Assembly: GCA_965116885.1 (NCBI GenBank)
Contig: OZ220741.1
Coordinates: forward strand, 2,816,001-2,880,000
Source of the DNA: Candidatus Latescibacterota bacterium
GTDB taxonomy: Bacteria; Latescibacterota; UBA2968
Reading direction: 5' to 3'
DNA: 64,000 bases
Part shown: positions 29,671 through 40,335 of the stretch, piece after piece
Layout of the letters: every line of letters begins with the position of its first letter
Numbering within the stretch: position 1 is the first letter of the stretch
Position numbers and translations under genes: made by a program
The notes under the pieces: model-generated
What the model saw: only the letters and a program-made list of their open reading frames with translations
Told to the model about the DNA's origin: nothing
Databases searched by the model: none

Positions 29671-29870
29671 TTGAATGATTCCTTATTATATATGGGAAAA
29701 TCGTACGTTTCATCGCCCAGGCCGCAGGGCTTGAGGGAGATTTTGAGGATTCGCCTTGAGGGCCAGAGAGGCGCGATGGTCGGATCTCAGAACCAGTTTG
29801 ATTTATGACCACTGACTCATTATACTGATTATGTGGTGTATTCGGTAGTTAAAACGACAAAGGAAATGAT

Positions 29871-30686
29871 ATGAAGACGTTGACAAAAAAAGATATTGAG
29901 GCTTTCAGAGAGCGGGGATATCACGTTGCGCGGGGCGTGTTTGATGGGGATGAAATTGCGCGTTTGCGCGAAGGATATGATTATATTCTCGAACTGGCAG
30001 CGCGGACAGATCTTCCCGATGCAATTCTTCAGGGCAAAGACCGCGAGGTGCATATTCACTTGCAGACACCCGGTCCGATGGTTGGGCCAGAGGCTGTTCC
30101 GTATCTGCGAAAAGTCCAGTGGCCTTCTCTCATTCACCCTGCGTTTGAAGAGATTCGGAATAGTGCGAAGTTTCCCGCGCTGTTAGAGCCGTTGATCGGA
30201 ACGTCGTTGAAGCAGTATATCAACCAGATCAATTTTAAAATGCCAGGTGGGGATATTCACTTTCCATGGCATCAGGATATCCGTCCCACACCGGCGTTTC
30301 GCGATCAGGTGAATAATTATGTGCAGACCATTATTGTGGTGGATGAAGCGACGGTTGCCAATGGTTGTTTGCACGTTGTTCCCGGCAGTCACAGGTTGGG
30401 AAATTTGAAGGTGACGCGGTATGCAAAGGGAGAAGTTGAAGATCAGGTGGATGTGTCGTCGGCTGTACCCTGTGAGGCAATGCCGGGTGATGTGGTGATG
30501 TTCACGTCTTATACGGTTCACGGCTCGGTACCAAATACGACAGATAAGCCGCGGCGTTCGTATATCAATGGATTTGTCCGCGCTTCGGCGTGTGATGTGG
30601 GAAAGTGGGCATTTCTGGAAGGGAAACCCGTTCCGATTACGAGTGATCGCGATTATCACGAGATTCGCTATGGGGCTGCCGGTTAA
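29871..30686 (+). CDS. Phytanoyl-CoA dioxygenase (PhyH) family
   Basis: PWHQD, NGCLHVVPGSH, GDVVMF..HGS.PN...PRR. Confidence 0.9.
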   Translation: MKTLTKKDIEAFRERGYHVARGVFDGDEIARLREGYDYILELAARTDLPDAILQGKDREVHIHLQTPGPMVGPEAVPYLRKVQWPSLIHPAFEEIRNSAKFPALLEPLIGTSLKQYINQINFKMPGGDIHFPWHQDIRPTPAFRDQVNNYVQTIIVVDEATVANGCLHVVPGSHRLGNLKVTRYAKGEVEDQVDVSSAVPCEAMPGDVVMFTSYTVHGSVPNTTDKPRRSYINGFVRASACDVGKWAFLEGKPVPITSDRDYHEIRYGAAG

Positions 30687-30703
30687 ATAAAGAGAGGTTC
30701 ACA

Positions 30704-32020
30704 ATGCGTACAGCAAAAGCCGGTTGGGCGCAGTTTGATTCAACGCCGCCACTGGGGCTGCCTATGGGTGGTCGAGGTCCGCGGTTTTCTCCCGGGTCGG
30801 AGGTGCTCGATCCTCTGGCCGCGCAGGCGGTTGTTATTGAAGATCAAAAGGGTTATCGCACGGTCTGGATTTCGATTGATATGATCGGGATGACATGGCA
30901 TGTGACGAGTCGCTTGCGCTGCGAATTGGCTTCGATAACCGGCATACCTTTTGAAGCGATTATTGTCAATTTTTCGCATACGCACAGCGGTCCCATGTCC
31001 GGGTTTGAGGGATATGCTACGACTGTGGCTAAGCCAGCAGAACTCGAGGCTTATGAAACAGATTTGTTGTCTCGCACGATAAAAATGGTGATTGAAGCCA
31101 TCGAGAATATGCGAGCGGTCTCTGTTTGTGTGCATCGCGGTACGTCGGAGATTGGGATTAACAGGCGCAGGCGAGGTGCCGATGGCAGTATGGGGATGAG
31201 GCCAAATCCAGATGGGTATATGAATCGGGATCTCTGGGTGCTCGATCTCGCCGCGGAAGATGGGCGTTGTGTGGTGTTTAACTATGGCTGCCATCCGGTG
31301 ATGGTTTACGGTTTTGCATGGGATGGCATTTCTGCTGATTTTCCCGGGGTGTGTCGCAATCGGTTGGTCGAATCTCTTGGACCGAATACCCACGCGCAGT
31401 TTATTCAGGGGCTTGCTGGCAATATTCGACCGCGCCGCCTCGCGGAGGCAGACGCATTTCGCAAATCCACGCCAGAGGATGTTGTTGCGACGGGTGCTCA
31501 ACTCGCGGATGATGTGCTCGCGGCTATGGATGCGGGCGGTGAATGGTTGGAATTGGATCTCAATTGCGTTTCGGGATTCGCACTGGCACCGCGCGACCAG
31601 GATGCGATTCCGCCCCTTTCCCATTGGGAAACACTTGCCAAAAGCGAGGCAGAACTGGAGCGTAATCTCGGTGCGTACTGGGTCGAGCGTTTGGGGTCTG
31701 GCATACCGCCTGCGCGATTTTTTCCCTGGTTATTGGGCCTTATTCGCCTGACGGGGGAACACACCATTGCATGGCTTGGCAACGAGGTTGTTGCCGAATG
31801 GCTCCCCTTGCTGAGGACTTATCTCAATGATCCGAATCTCATTGCCTGGGGATATTGTCAGGATGGGCGCAATTACATGCCGACAGACGCGCTTATTCCC
31901 GAGGGCGGGTACGAGGTCGATAGTGCGAATGCCTACACCAAAGCGGGTCCCGGTCCGTTCCAGATTGGCATTGACGAGGTGACCAGGAAGACATTTATCG
32001 AGTTGGCCGAACGGCTGTGA
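30704..32020 (+). CDS. Neutral/alkaline ceramidase-like hydrolase
   Basis: SHTHSGP, NRR, NYGCHP, ISADFPG, EGGYE. Confidence 0.75.
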   Translation: MRTAKAGWAQFDSTPPLGLPMGGRGPRFSPGSEVLDPLAAQAVVIEDQKGYRTVWISIDMIGMTWHVTSRLRCELASITGIPFEAIIVNFSHTHSGPMSGFEGYATTVAKPAELEAYETDLLSRTIKMVIEAIENMRAVSVCVHRGTSEIGINRRRRGADGSMGMRPNPDGYMNRDLWVLDLAAEDGRCVVFNYGCHPVMVYGFAWDGISADFPGVCRNRLVESLGPNTHAQFIQGLAGNIRPRRLAEADAFRKSTPEDVVATGAQLADDVLAAMDAGGEWLELDLNCVSGFALAPRDQDAIPPLSHWETLAKSEAELERNLGAYWVERLGSGIPPARFFPWLLGLIRLTGEHTIAWLGNEVVAEWLPLLRTYLNDPNLIAWGYCQDGRNYMPTDALIPEGGYEVDSANAYTKAGPGPFQIGIDEVTRKTFIELAERL

Positions 32021-32023
32021 CGG

Positions 32024-33115
32024 TTAGTTCTGATTAGATCGCCTGCCTCGTCCTCGGCGACGCTGTTCACGCCACCGCTGATATGCCTCTTCGTCAAACT
32101 CGATAACCGGGATCTCACCTTGCCAGGCCCTGGCAATGATAGGCATGATACGCGATGTTGCCAATTGGAAATCCCGCCCAAAAGGTCTCGGATTTGGAAA
32201 CCATTTCCACAGGAGAGCGCCTGTGATCCGCGGTTCGTTTTCAATGGCTTCGAGCGCGACGCGCCAGCACATTTCCTGCAAGGGGCGCGCGCCATCGTCA
32301 TCCACGCGATATGTCCACGGTTCTGACGCTGCTTTATAAGATTGGTTGTATCCCAATTCGGCAAATACGATGTTGCGATCCATTTTTTTTGCAAAAGTTC
32401 GCAGTTCTTTTACCAGACGATCCCATCCACTTCGGAGGTCGGTCTCTGTGGGATTTTGATTTTTTGTTATCGGAAAATAGCCCTGAATACCGATCACATC
32501 CAGGGCATCCCAGAATGGCACGCGCGTGTAATCCGTCCAATTCGCCGCATAGGTGATCTGTCCTTTATATATTTTTCGCACATCTGCAATCAGGGCGCGC
32601 CATTCGGCTTCGTGATGCAGGGTTTTGTCCAATTCTGTTCCTATGACAAATGCATCGGCGTCTTTGCAGGCTTCGGCTACGGCCAAAATCCAGGCGCGAT
32701 AATCCGCCCAGAAGCGCGTCCATTCTTCCTCAGAGCGAAATGCAATTTCACCCCGCCACTCAAATCCCGACCGCCAGTATGCCAGATGGGGCTTGATGCA
32801 AATTTTCAATCCCCGTTTGTGGGCTTCTACAATGGGCCGCGTCCAGTGTGCGGGAGCCAATTCACCGGCGCCTTCAAACCGCCTCACCCTGACCGATCCA
32901 TCCTGAGAAATGCCCGCGTAGGGATGGGTCGCCACCCAGTTTGCCCCCAATATTTCAATATCCCGCAGCGTTGAAACCATTTCGTCACTCGCCCAATCTC
33001 GCCCACCCCCATGCGTTGAAATCGTGATCCCCCGCATTGGCGTATCATTGTCAAATGCCTGGGGCTCAAACGCGGTTAATAAGCTGAATAATAGAATGGT
33101 GCAATAACGAGGCAT
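32024..33115 (-). CDS. Secreted GH113-like glycoside hydrolase
   Basis: Signal peptide, IKPH, WRGEI, IGTEL, TYAANW, FWDALD.IGI..YFP, FAELGY. Confidence 0.75.
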   Translation of the reverse strand: MPRYCTILLFSLLTAFEPQAFDNDTPMRGITISTHGGGRDWASDEMVSTLRDIEILGANWVATHPYAGISQDGSVRVRRFEGAGELAPAHWTRPIVEAHKRGLKICIKPHLAYWRSGFEWRGEIAFRSEEEWTRFWADYRAWILAVAEACKDADAFVIGTELDKTLHHEAEWRALIADVRKIYKGQITYAANWTDYTRVPFWDALDVIGIQGYFPITKNQNPTETDLRSGWDRLVKELRTFAKKMDRNIVFAELGYNQSYKAASEPWTYRVDDDGARPLQEMCWRVALEAIENEPRITGALLWKWFPNPRPFGRDFQLATSRIMPIIARAWQGEIPVIEFDEEAYQRWREQRRRGRGRRSNQN

Positions 33116-33134
33116 GACAGCCTTTCATTTATGC

Positions 33135-33162
33135 AAAAAAGGCGCAGTTCGCACTGCGCCTC
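33135..33162 (-). terminator. Rho-independent terminator after gltD
   Basis: AGGCGCAG-loop-CTGCGCCT followed by a U-tract. Confidence 0.75.
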
Positions 33163-33192
33163 CCTTTATTTGAGATTTGATATGACGACCTG

Positions 33193-34686
33193 TTACGGCA
33201 GGTCGGTTGATCCCATGAGATAGCGATCTGCTTCGCGGGCGGCACCGCGCCCTTCTGCGAAGGCAAAGACAACGAGGCTCATGCCGCGGCGCACATCGCC
33301 TGCGACAAAGAGGCCGGGGATTCTGGTGGTGAACTCGCCTTCGATGGCTTTGGCGTTGGAGCGTTCGTCGCGTTCGAGTTCGAGTTCTTCCAGAATGGTA
33401 TCTTCGGGACCGAGCCAGCCCATGGATAGGAAGACGAGATCAGCGGGCCATTCTTTTTCCGTGCCGGGCACTTCGCGGAATGGCGCGCCGTTTTCTGCGG
33501 GTACCCATTCCACTTGCATGGTTTTCAATGCTTTGAGTGTGCCGTTTTCATCGCCGATAAATTCCGTGGTGCTGATGAGATATTCGCGTGGGTCTCTGCC
33601 AAAAATGGCGGCTGCTTCCTCTTGGCCATAATCGGTTTTGAAAATGAGTGGCATTTGCGGCCAGGGGTTGCTGTCGGTGCGCGTTTTGGGCGGTTCGGGA
33701 ATAATGTCGAACTGGTGCAGGCTTTTGCAGCCGTGGCGCATTGCCGTGCCCACGCAGTCCGTACCCGTATCCCCTCCGCCGAGCACGATGACGTGTTTGT
33801 CTTTGGCGTTTATATAATTGCCGTCTTCAAGGTTGGAGTCGAGCAGGCTTTTGGTGTTTTTGTGCAAATACTCAATGGCCTGATGTATGCCGTTGAGTTC
33901 GCGGCCTTTGATTGGCAGGTCGCGGGGTTTGAGTGCGCCAATGCAGAGCACGACTGCGTCGTATTCATTGAGGATATCTTTTGCTGGCAGGTCTGTGCCA
34001 ATTTCTGTATTGGTGATAAACTCGATGCCCGATTCGATCATGAGGTCAATGCGGCGTTGCACAACTTCTTTTTTGTCGAGTTTCATGTTGGGAATGCCGT
34101 ACATGAGCAATCCACCAATGCGGTCAGAACGCTCGTACACAGTGACTTTGTGCCCGGCTTTGTTGAGTTGTGCCGCGCAAGAGAGGCCTGCGGGGCCTGA
34201 ACCCACGACAGCCACGCGCTTGCCCGTGCGCTTTTCGGGTATATCGGGTGTGACCCAGCCCTCTTCCCAGCCTTTGTCAATGATGGAGACTTCGATGTTT
34301 TTGATGGTGACGGCGGGGTCTGTCATGCCCAGCACGCAGGACCCTTCGCAGGGGGCGGGACAGACGCGACCTGTAAATTCGGGAAAGTTGTTGGTTTTGT
34401 GCAAGCGTTCAAGGGCTTCTTTCCAGAGGCCGCGATACACGAGATCATTCCACTCGGGAATGAGGTTGTTGATGGGACAGCCAGAGGGAAAGGGCGTAGA
34501 TTCAGGCAGGCGCACACCGGTATGGCAAAAGGGTATGCCGCAGTCCATACACCGCGCACCCTGTTCCCGAAGTTTTTCATCGGGGTGATGATGGTGAAAT
34601 TCTTCCCAATCTGCGATGCGCTGTGCGGGGTCTCTATCGGCCGGAAGTTCTCGATGAAATTCCATGAATCCGGTCGGTTTTCCCAT
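33193..34686 (-). CDS. gltD: Glutamate synthase small subunit
   Basis: [49 protein letters not shown]. Confidence 0.96.
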   Translation of the reverse strand: MGKPTGFMEFHRELPADRDPAQRIADWEEFHHHHPDEKLREQGARCMDCGIPFCHTGVRLPESTPFPSGCPINNLIPEWNDLVYRGLWKEALERLHKTNNFPEFTGRVCPAPCEGSCVLGMTDPAVTIKNIEVSIIDKGWEEGWVTPDIPEKRTGKRVAVVGSGPAGLSCAAQLNKAGHKVTVYERSDRIGGLLMYGIPNMKLDKKEVVQRRIDLMIESGIEFITNTEIGTDLPAKDILNEYDAVVLCIGALKPRDLPIKGRELNGIHQAIEYLHKNTKSLLDSNLEDGNYINAKDKHVIVLGGGDTGTDCVGTAMRHGCKSLHQFDIIPEPPKTRTDSNPWPQMPLIFKTDYGQEEAAAIFGRDPREYLISTTEFIGDENGTLKALKTMQVEWVPAENGAPFREVPGTEKEWPADLVFLSMGWLGPEDTILEELELERDERSNAKAIEGEFTTRIPGLFVAGDVRRGMSLVVFAFAEGRGAAREADRYLMGSTDLP

Positions 34687-34700
34687 AAATACTCCTTTTT

Positions 34701-37700
34701 TCAGGCTTCAACTTCCACGCCGCGGCGGAATGCTTCGAGCCATGCATCTTCGCCTTTCAAACCCTCTTGTTGCGCGGTTTCATAAGCAGAGAGAATGCGC
34801 TTGTAGGGCTTGGGGAAGACTTTGACGAATTTGGGCAACATGTCATCCCAATGGACGAGGATGTGTTGCGCCACGCTGCTCTCGGTGTAGTCGGCGTGTT
34901 TGGTAATCATACTTTTGAGTTCTTCAATGTCTTCGTCATTTTGGACGGGTTCGAGATCGACGAGTTCGGGATTGCAGCGTATGTGGAAATCGCCGTCTTC
35001 GTCGAGCACATAAGCAATGCCGCCGGACATGCCAGCGGCAAAGTTGCGCCCGGTTTTGCCCAAAATGACAGCCATCCCACCCGTCATATACTCGCAAGCG
35101 TGGTCGCCAACGCCTTCGACGACTGCGCTAACGCCCGAGTTGCGCACGCAGAAGCGTTCGCCTGCCTGACCGCGGATGAAGGCTTGCCCATTGGTTGCAC
35201 CGTAGAAAGATACGTTGCCGATGATGATGTTGTCTTCGGCTTTGAAGGTGGATCCCTCGCGCGGATAGACAATCAGTTTGCTGCCGCACAGTCCCTTGCC
35301 AAAGTAGTCATTGGCGTCGCCTTCGAGGCGGAAGGTGATGCCCGGCGGCGTAAAGGCGGCAAAAGATTGTCCGGCCGATCCCTCAAAGGTGATGTCAATG
35401 GTGTCTTCGGGCAGGCCATCGGGGCCGAACCTGCGGGTAATTTCGCTGCCGAGGATGGTGCCGACCACGCGGTTGGTATTTTTGATGTCGAATTGCGCGC
35501 GCACTTTGCTGCCGTCTTTGAGGGCGGGTTCGCAAAGGTCGAGCAGGATCTGGTTGTCCACTGCGTTTTCGAGGCCGTGATCCTGGTCGATCTGGCAATA
35601 ACGGCCAATGTCGGGATCGGCGTCTGGTTTTTCGAGAATGGGGGACAGGTCCAGGTATTTCGCCTTCCAGTGATCGGTTTTTGCCTGGTGGAGCAGGTCG
35701 GTGCGACCGATGAGTTCATCGATGGTGCGCACGCCGAGTTGCGCCATTATTTCGCGCATGTCCTGTGCGATAAAACGCAGGAAATTGACGACCTGATCGG
35801 GGTCACCCATAAATTTTTTGCGCAGTTCGGGATGCTGCGTGGCCACACCTACAGGACAGGTGTCGAGGTGGCAAACGCGCATCATGATGCAGCCCATGGC
35901 GACGAGTGCTGTGGTGGCAAATCCAAATTCTTCGGCACCGAGCAGGGCTGCAATAATCACATCGCGTCCGGTTTTGAGTTGTCCGTCGGTTTCGACTACG
36001 ATGCGCGATCTCAGATTGTTGAGTACCAGGGTTTGGTGGGTTTCGGCAACGCCGAATTCCCAGGGCAGGCCAGCGTGTTTGATGCTGGTTTGCGGCGATG
36101 CGCCGGTGCCGCCGTCAAGGCCTGAGATGAGTACCACATCGCCGTGGCCTTTGGATACGCCGGCTGCGACGATGCCTACATTGATTTCTGCGACGAGTTT
36201 GACGTTAATTCTGGCATGGTGGTTGGCATTTTTGAGATCGTGAATGAGTTGCGCCAGATCTTCGATGGAGTAAATATCGTGATGCGGCGGTGGTGAGATG
36301 AGTTCTACGCCCGGTGTGGAGTGTCGAACCGTGGCAATCCACGGATACACCTTTTTGCCAGGCAATTCACCGCCTTCGCCCGGCTTGGCACCCTGCGCCA
36401 TTTTGATCTGTAATTCTTTGGCATTGACCAGATAATTGCTGGTGACGCCAAAGCGTCCAGAAGCCACTTGTTTGATGGCGCTGTTTTTGGAATCGCCATT
36501 GGGTTCGAGGGTATAACGCGCCGGGTCTTCGCCGCCTTCGCCGGTGTTGCTTTTGCCTCCCAGACGATTCATCGCAATGGCGAGTGCTTCGTGCGCTTCT
36601 TTGGATATCGATCCATAGGACATGGCGCCAGACTTAAAGCGCCTGGTGATTGCTTCGACGGGTTCAACTTCGTCAATGGGAATGGGTTCACTGGCGTAGT
36701 TGAAGTCCAGGAGGCCGCGCAGGGTTGCCAGGTTTTTGTCCTGTTGATCAATGAGGGTGGCATATTCTTTATACACGTCGTAATCGTTGATGCGCGTGGC
36801 GTGCTGGAGCTTGTGAATCGTAAGGGGGTTAAAGAGGTGATATTCCCCGCCTTGTCGCCACTGGAAATGCCCGCCGACGTCGAGGGTGCTGCCATTGACT
36901 GAAATTTCGGGATATGCATCGCGATGTCGCATCAGGGCTTCTCGAGCAATGACATCGAGGCCAATGCCGTCTATGCGGGAGTCTGTCCAGGTAAAATATT
37001 GATCAATAATGTTTTTTGAAATGCCAACGGCTTCAAAAATTTGAGCACCTCGATAAGACTTGATGGTGGAGATGCCCATTTTGGCCATGACTTTGACCAC
37101 GCCTTTGGTCGCGGATTTGACATATCCTTTGACCGCATCGCGGTAGGAGATATCGGTCAGTTGCTTTTCGGCGATCATGTCGGCCAGGCTTTCATAAGCC
37201 ATATAGGGATTAATCGCCTGAGCGCCATAGCCGATGAGCAAGCAGAAGTGATGCACTTCTCTGGGTTCACCTGTTTCGAGGGCAATCCCGACTTTGGTGC
37301 GCGTACCTTCTCGGATGAGGTGGTGATGGAGACCGCTCATGGCCAGGAGCGCGGGAATGGGGGCGTGGTCTTTATCGACACCGCGGTCTGAAAGAATGAG
37401 TATGGTATAACCGTCTTCAATGGCGTTGTCAGCTTCTGCACACAATTTATGCATGGCTTTTTCGAGGCCGGCTTCACCATCGGCCACATTGAAGAGCATG
37501 GGAATGGTGGTGGCTTTGAGCCCCGGGCGGTCAACGCCGCGCAATTGCTCGAGTTCTTCATTGGTCAAAACGGGCGTGTCGAGATGAATTTGCCTGCAAC
37601 TTTCGGGTTCGGGAATAAGCAGATTGCGCTCTGGACCAATGGTGGCGTCAGCCGAGGTGATGACTTCTTCTTTGAGGGGATCGAGAGGCGGATTGGTCAC

Positions 37701-39275
37701 CTGTGCAAAGAGTTGTTTGAAGTAGTTGTAGAGCAGGTGTGGTTTGTTGGACAATACCGCCAATGGTGCGTCGTTGCCCATTGATCCGACGGGATCGCGC
37801 CCAATTTTGGACATGGGACCAACAAAAATTTTGAGGTCTTCAAACGTGTAGCCAAAAGCCTGTTGTCGCATGAGCACTTCGGCGTGATTTGTAGGGGGTG
37901 CAATGGGTGCGACTGCGGGCAGGTCTTTGAGTGAAATGAGGTGGTCGTCGAGCCATTGCTGGTAGGGATGCTCGGAGGCCATTGACTGTTTGACTTCGTC
38001 ATCGGAAATGATACGGCCCTTTTCGGTATCGACGAGAAGGATGCGACCGGGTTGCAATCGACCTTTGTAAGCGATGCGCTCGGGTTCTAATTCGCAGACA
38101 CCTGCCTCGGAACTGAGGATGAGCAGGTCGTCTTTGGTGACGTAATAACGCGAAGGACGCAAGCCATTGCGGTCGAGGCAGGCACCCACGATTTCGCCAT
38201 CGGTAAAGCCAATAGAGGCCGGACCGTCCCAGGGTTCCATGAGGCAGGAATGGTATTCGTAGAAGGCGCGCCTTTCGGGGGACATGCTCTCGTGGTTTTC
38301 CCAGGGTTCGGGAATCATCATGACGGCTGCGTGCGCCATTGAGCGGCCAGATAGAGACAGAAATTCAAAGCAGTTGTCAAAGATCGCGGAATCCGAACCG
38401 TCTTCGTAGAGGATAGGGACTATTTTTTGTACGTCATCACCCCAGAGCGCTGAAGCCAGCATAGCCTGTCGGGTTTTCATCCAGTTTTGATTACCGCGCA
38501 GGGTGTTGATTTCGCCGTTGTGGATGAGGTAGCGATAGGGGTGCGACCTTTCCCAGGAGGGAAAGGTGTTGGTGGAAAACCGGGAATGCACGAGGACAAT
38601 CGCGGCTTCCATGCGGTGATCTTGCAGGTCGGGGTAAAATTCGGGCACCTGCATGGGCGTGAGCATGCCTTTGTACACAATGGTGCGCGACGACAAGCTG
38701 GGGATATAAAAATTTTCGTCGTGCCCGGCATAGCGGATCGTATTGGTGGCGCGTTTGCGAATGACGTAGAGTTTGCGTTCAAATGCCATGGCGTCGGACA
38801 AGTCGGCACTGCGACCAATGAAAATTTGCCACACAACGGGTTCGCAAGACCTGGAAGTGAGACCCAGATAGAAGTTGTCGGTGGGCACTTTGCGCCAGCC
38901 GAGGACTTCCTGTCCTTCTTCCTGGACAATATCCTCGATGATTTGACGCGTTTTTTGACGGATGGACCGGTCCTGGTCATCGGTCATGAAAATCATGCCG
39001 ACTCCGTATTGACCGGGATCTGGTATATCAATGCCCACTCCCTTGCAGGCGTGTTCAAAGAAACGATGTGGAATTTGCATCAAAATGCCAGCGCCATCAC
39101 CCGTGTTGTCTTCGGCACCGCGCGCACCCCGGTGGTCGAGACAGACAAGAGATTCGAGGGCCATTTTGACGATCTGGTTGGATTTTTCGCCTTTGATATT
39201 CACGACAAATCCAATGCCACAGGCGTCGCGTTCGTATTTGGGATTGTAGAGGCCGTGCTTGCGAGGATATGCCAT
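34701..39275 (-). CDS. gltB: Glutamate synthase large subunit
   Basis: [66 protein letters not shown]. Confidence 0.97.
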   Translation of the reverse strand: MAYPRKHGLYNPKYERDACGIGFVVNIKGEKSNQIVKMALESLVCLDHRGARGAEDNTGDGAGILMQIPHRFFEHACKGVGIDIPDPGQYGVGMIFMTDDQDRSIRQKTRQIIEDIVQEEGQEVLGWRKVPTDNFYLGLTSRSCEPVVWQIFIGRSADLSDAMAFERKLYVIRKRATNTIRYAGHDENFYIPSLSSRTIVYKGMLTPMQVPEFYPDLQDHRMEAAIVLVHSRFSTNTFPSWERSHPYRYLIHNGEINTLRGNQNWMKTRQAMLASALWGDDVQKIVPILYEDGSDSAIFDNCFEFLSLSGRSMAHAAVMMIPEPWENHESMSPERRAFYEYHSCLMEPWDGPASIGFTDGEIVGACLDRNGLRPSRYYVTKDDLLILSSEAGVCELEPERIAYKGRLQPGRILLVDTEKGRIISDDEVKQSMASEHPYQQWLDDHLISLKDLPAVAPIAPPTNHAEVLMRQQAFGYTFEDLKIFVGPMSKIGRDPVGSMGNDAPLAVLSNKPHLLYNYFKQLFAQVTNPPLDPLKEEVITSADATIGPERNLLIPEPESCRQIHLDTPVLTNEELEQLRGVDRPGLKATTIPMLFNVADGEAGLEKAMHKLCAEADNAIEDGYTILILSDRGVDKDHAPIPALLAMSGLHHHLIREGTRTKVGIALETGEPREVHHFCLLIGYGAQAINPYMAYESLADMIAEKQLTDISYRDAVKGYVKSATKGVVKVMAKMGISTIKSYRGAQIFEAVGISKNIIDQYFTWTDSRIDGIGLDVIAREALMRHRDAYPEISVNGSTLDVGGHFQWRQGGEYHLFNPLTIHKLQHATRINDYDVYKEYATLIDQQDKNLATLRGLLDFNYASEPIPIDEVEPVEAITRRFKSGAMSYGSISKEAHEALAIAMNRLGGKSNTGEGGEDPARYTLEPNGDSKNSAIKQVASGRFGVTSNYLVNAKELQIKMAQGAKPGEGGELPGKKVYPWIATVRHSTPGVELISPPPHHDIYSIEDLAQLIHDLKNANHHARINVKLVAEINVGIVAAGVSKGHGDVVLISGLDGGTGASPQTSIKHAGLPWEFGVAETHQTLVLNNLRSRIVVETDGQLKTGRDVIIAALLGAEEFGFATTALVAMGCIMMRVCHLDTCPVGVATQHPELRKKFMGDPDQVVNFLRFIAQDMREIMAQLGVRTIDELIGRTDLLHQAKTDHWKAKYLDLSPILEKPDADPDIGRYCQIDQDHGLENAVDNQILLDLCEPALKDGSKVRAQFDIKNTNRVVGTILGSEITRRFGPDGLPEDTIDITFEGSAGQSFAAFTPPGITFRLEGDANDYFGKGLCGSKLIVYPREGSTFKAEDNIIIGNVSFYGATNGQAFIRGQAGERFCVRNSGVSAVVEGVGDHACEYMTGGMAVILGKTGRNFAAGMSGGIAYVLDEDGDFHIRCNPELVDLEPVQNDEDIEELKSMITKHADYTESSVAQHILVHWDDMLPKFVKVFPKPYKRILSAYETAQQEGLKGEDAWLEAFRRGVEVEA

Positions 39276-39361
39276 AAAAAATGTTCCTTAATCACATGGC
39301 GCGAAAATGCCAGAACCGCGATCCGGCTCTGGCATTTGAAAACCGGTTGTTTTGTTAGACG

Positions 39362-39625
39362 CTATTCAAAGGCGACTGCATTGATTTCGATGTACTCCAA
39401 CCATTCGTCCGGCGTGTCTTCTTCGGCGAAGATCGCTTCAACTGGACATTCGGGTTCACAGGCTCCGCAGTCGATGCACTCTTCGGGGTGAATATAGAGC
39501 ATATTGAGACGTTCATCTTCCGGCAAATCGGTTGCGTCGGGTTCGTAGATGCAGTCCACCGGACAAACTTCCACACAGGACCTGTCCATAACATCAATGC
39601 ATGGCTCGGCGATAATATAGGCCAT
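39362..39625 (-). CDS. Dicluster (7Fe/8Fe) ferredoxin
   Basis: [18 protein letters not shown] and [14 protein letters not shown]. Confidence 0.9.
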   Translation of the reverse strand: MAYIIAEPCIDVMDRSCVEVCPVDCIYEPDATDLPEDERLNMLYIHPEECIDCGACEPECPVEAIFAEEDTPDEWLEYIEINAVAFE

Positions 39626-39762
39626 TTTTATTTTCCCTTTCCTTTGCTATTGTTCCGACTCATCCGGCGTCGGCTTTGCCAAATATACTTATTTGGTTGG
39701 CTTTGTCAAGTATTGTAAGTTAAAATTATGATAGCAGGTACACAAAAGAAGATATTTTACTT

Positions 39763-40326
39763 TTAGGATAGATTCTCGATGAGTGTTGCAACGGACCAAT
39801 CGCCCTCTGCGCGAATGTCCAGGGTGAATCGTTGTCCGGTATCTTTTCTGCGTTCGGCAATCACCTCTGAACCGTTGTAAAGCTGGTGCAAAAACGCCTG
39901 GAGATCGTCCTTTATGGCGTTGTGCGTGCTTTCGGTGTTGGGGGCATTGAGGCGATCGTTGAGGATGAGCCTGAGTTCATTCCCTCGAAAAGCGACCGCT
40001 TCTTCTGCTTCAAGACGCTGGCAGATTGTGCAGGCCGCGCGAACCGCTGAGGATAATTGCTGCACAAAATTACCTCCGTTGGGTTGCTTGCGGTTGTAGA
40101 GCAGGCCGCGTTTTGCGTCCGAGTCGTCAATGCTGAGGTCGTATTCGTGACCGATTAGCAGGGTCACAGGACCATTGGGTACGTGACTGTAATCGGCTAC
40201 ATCGAGTAGCACATCGGACCCATTGTGTGCTGAAATCCAGTTGTTGAAGGTTTTGAACCATGTTCCAGGCGCGATATTGTGCCCCTGGTCGAGATAAAAT
40301 TTGACACTGATTTTATGGGTTGGCAT
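39763..40326 (-). CDS. Hypothetical protein downstream of the nitrite/sulfite reductase
   Basis: Full ORF 9 bp after the reductase. Globular, with DVADYSHVPNGP and NDRLNAPN. Confidence 0.75.
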   Translation of the reverse strand: MPTHKISVKFYLDQGHNIAPGTWFKTFNNWISAHNGSDVLLDVADYSHVPNGPVTLLIGHEYDLSIDDSDAKRGLLYNRKQPNGGNFVQQLSSAVRAACTICQRLEAEEAVAFRGNELRLILNDRLNAPNTESTHNAIKDDLQAFLHQLYNGSEVIAERRKDTGQRFTLDIRAEGDWSVATLIENLS

Positions 40327-40335
40327 AATTACCTT

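Noticed and set aside
34767..36125. Long antisense ORFs (also 41365-42540, 38487-39491, 20814-21977, 45647-46567)
   Set aside because: Shadow frames opposite well-supported genes, with no motifs or RBS.
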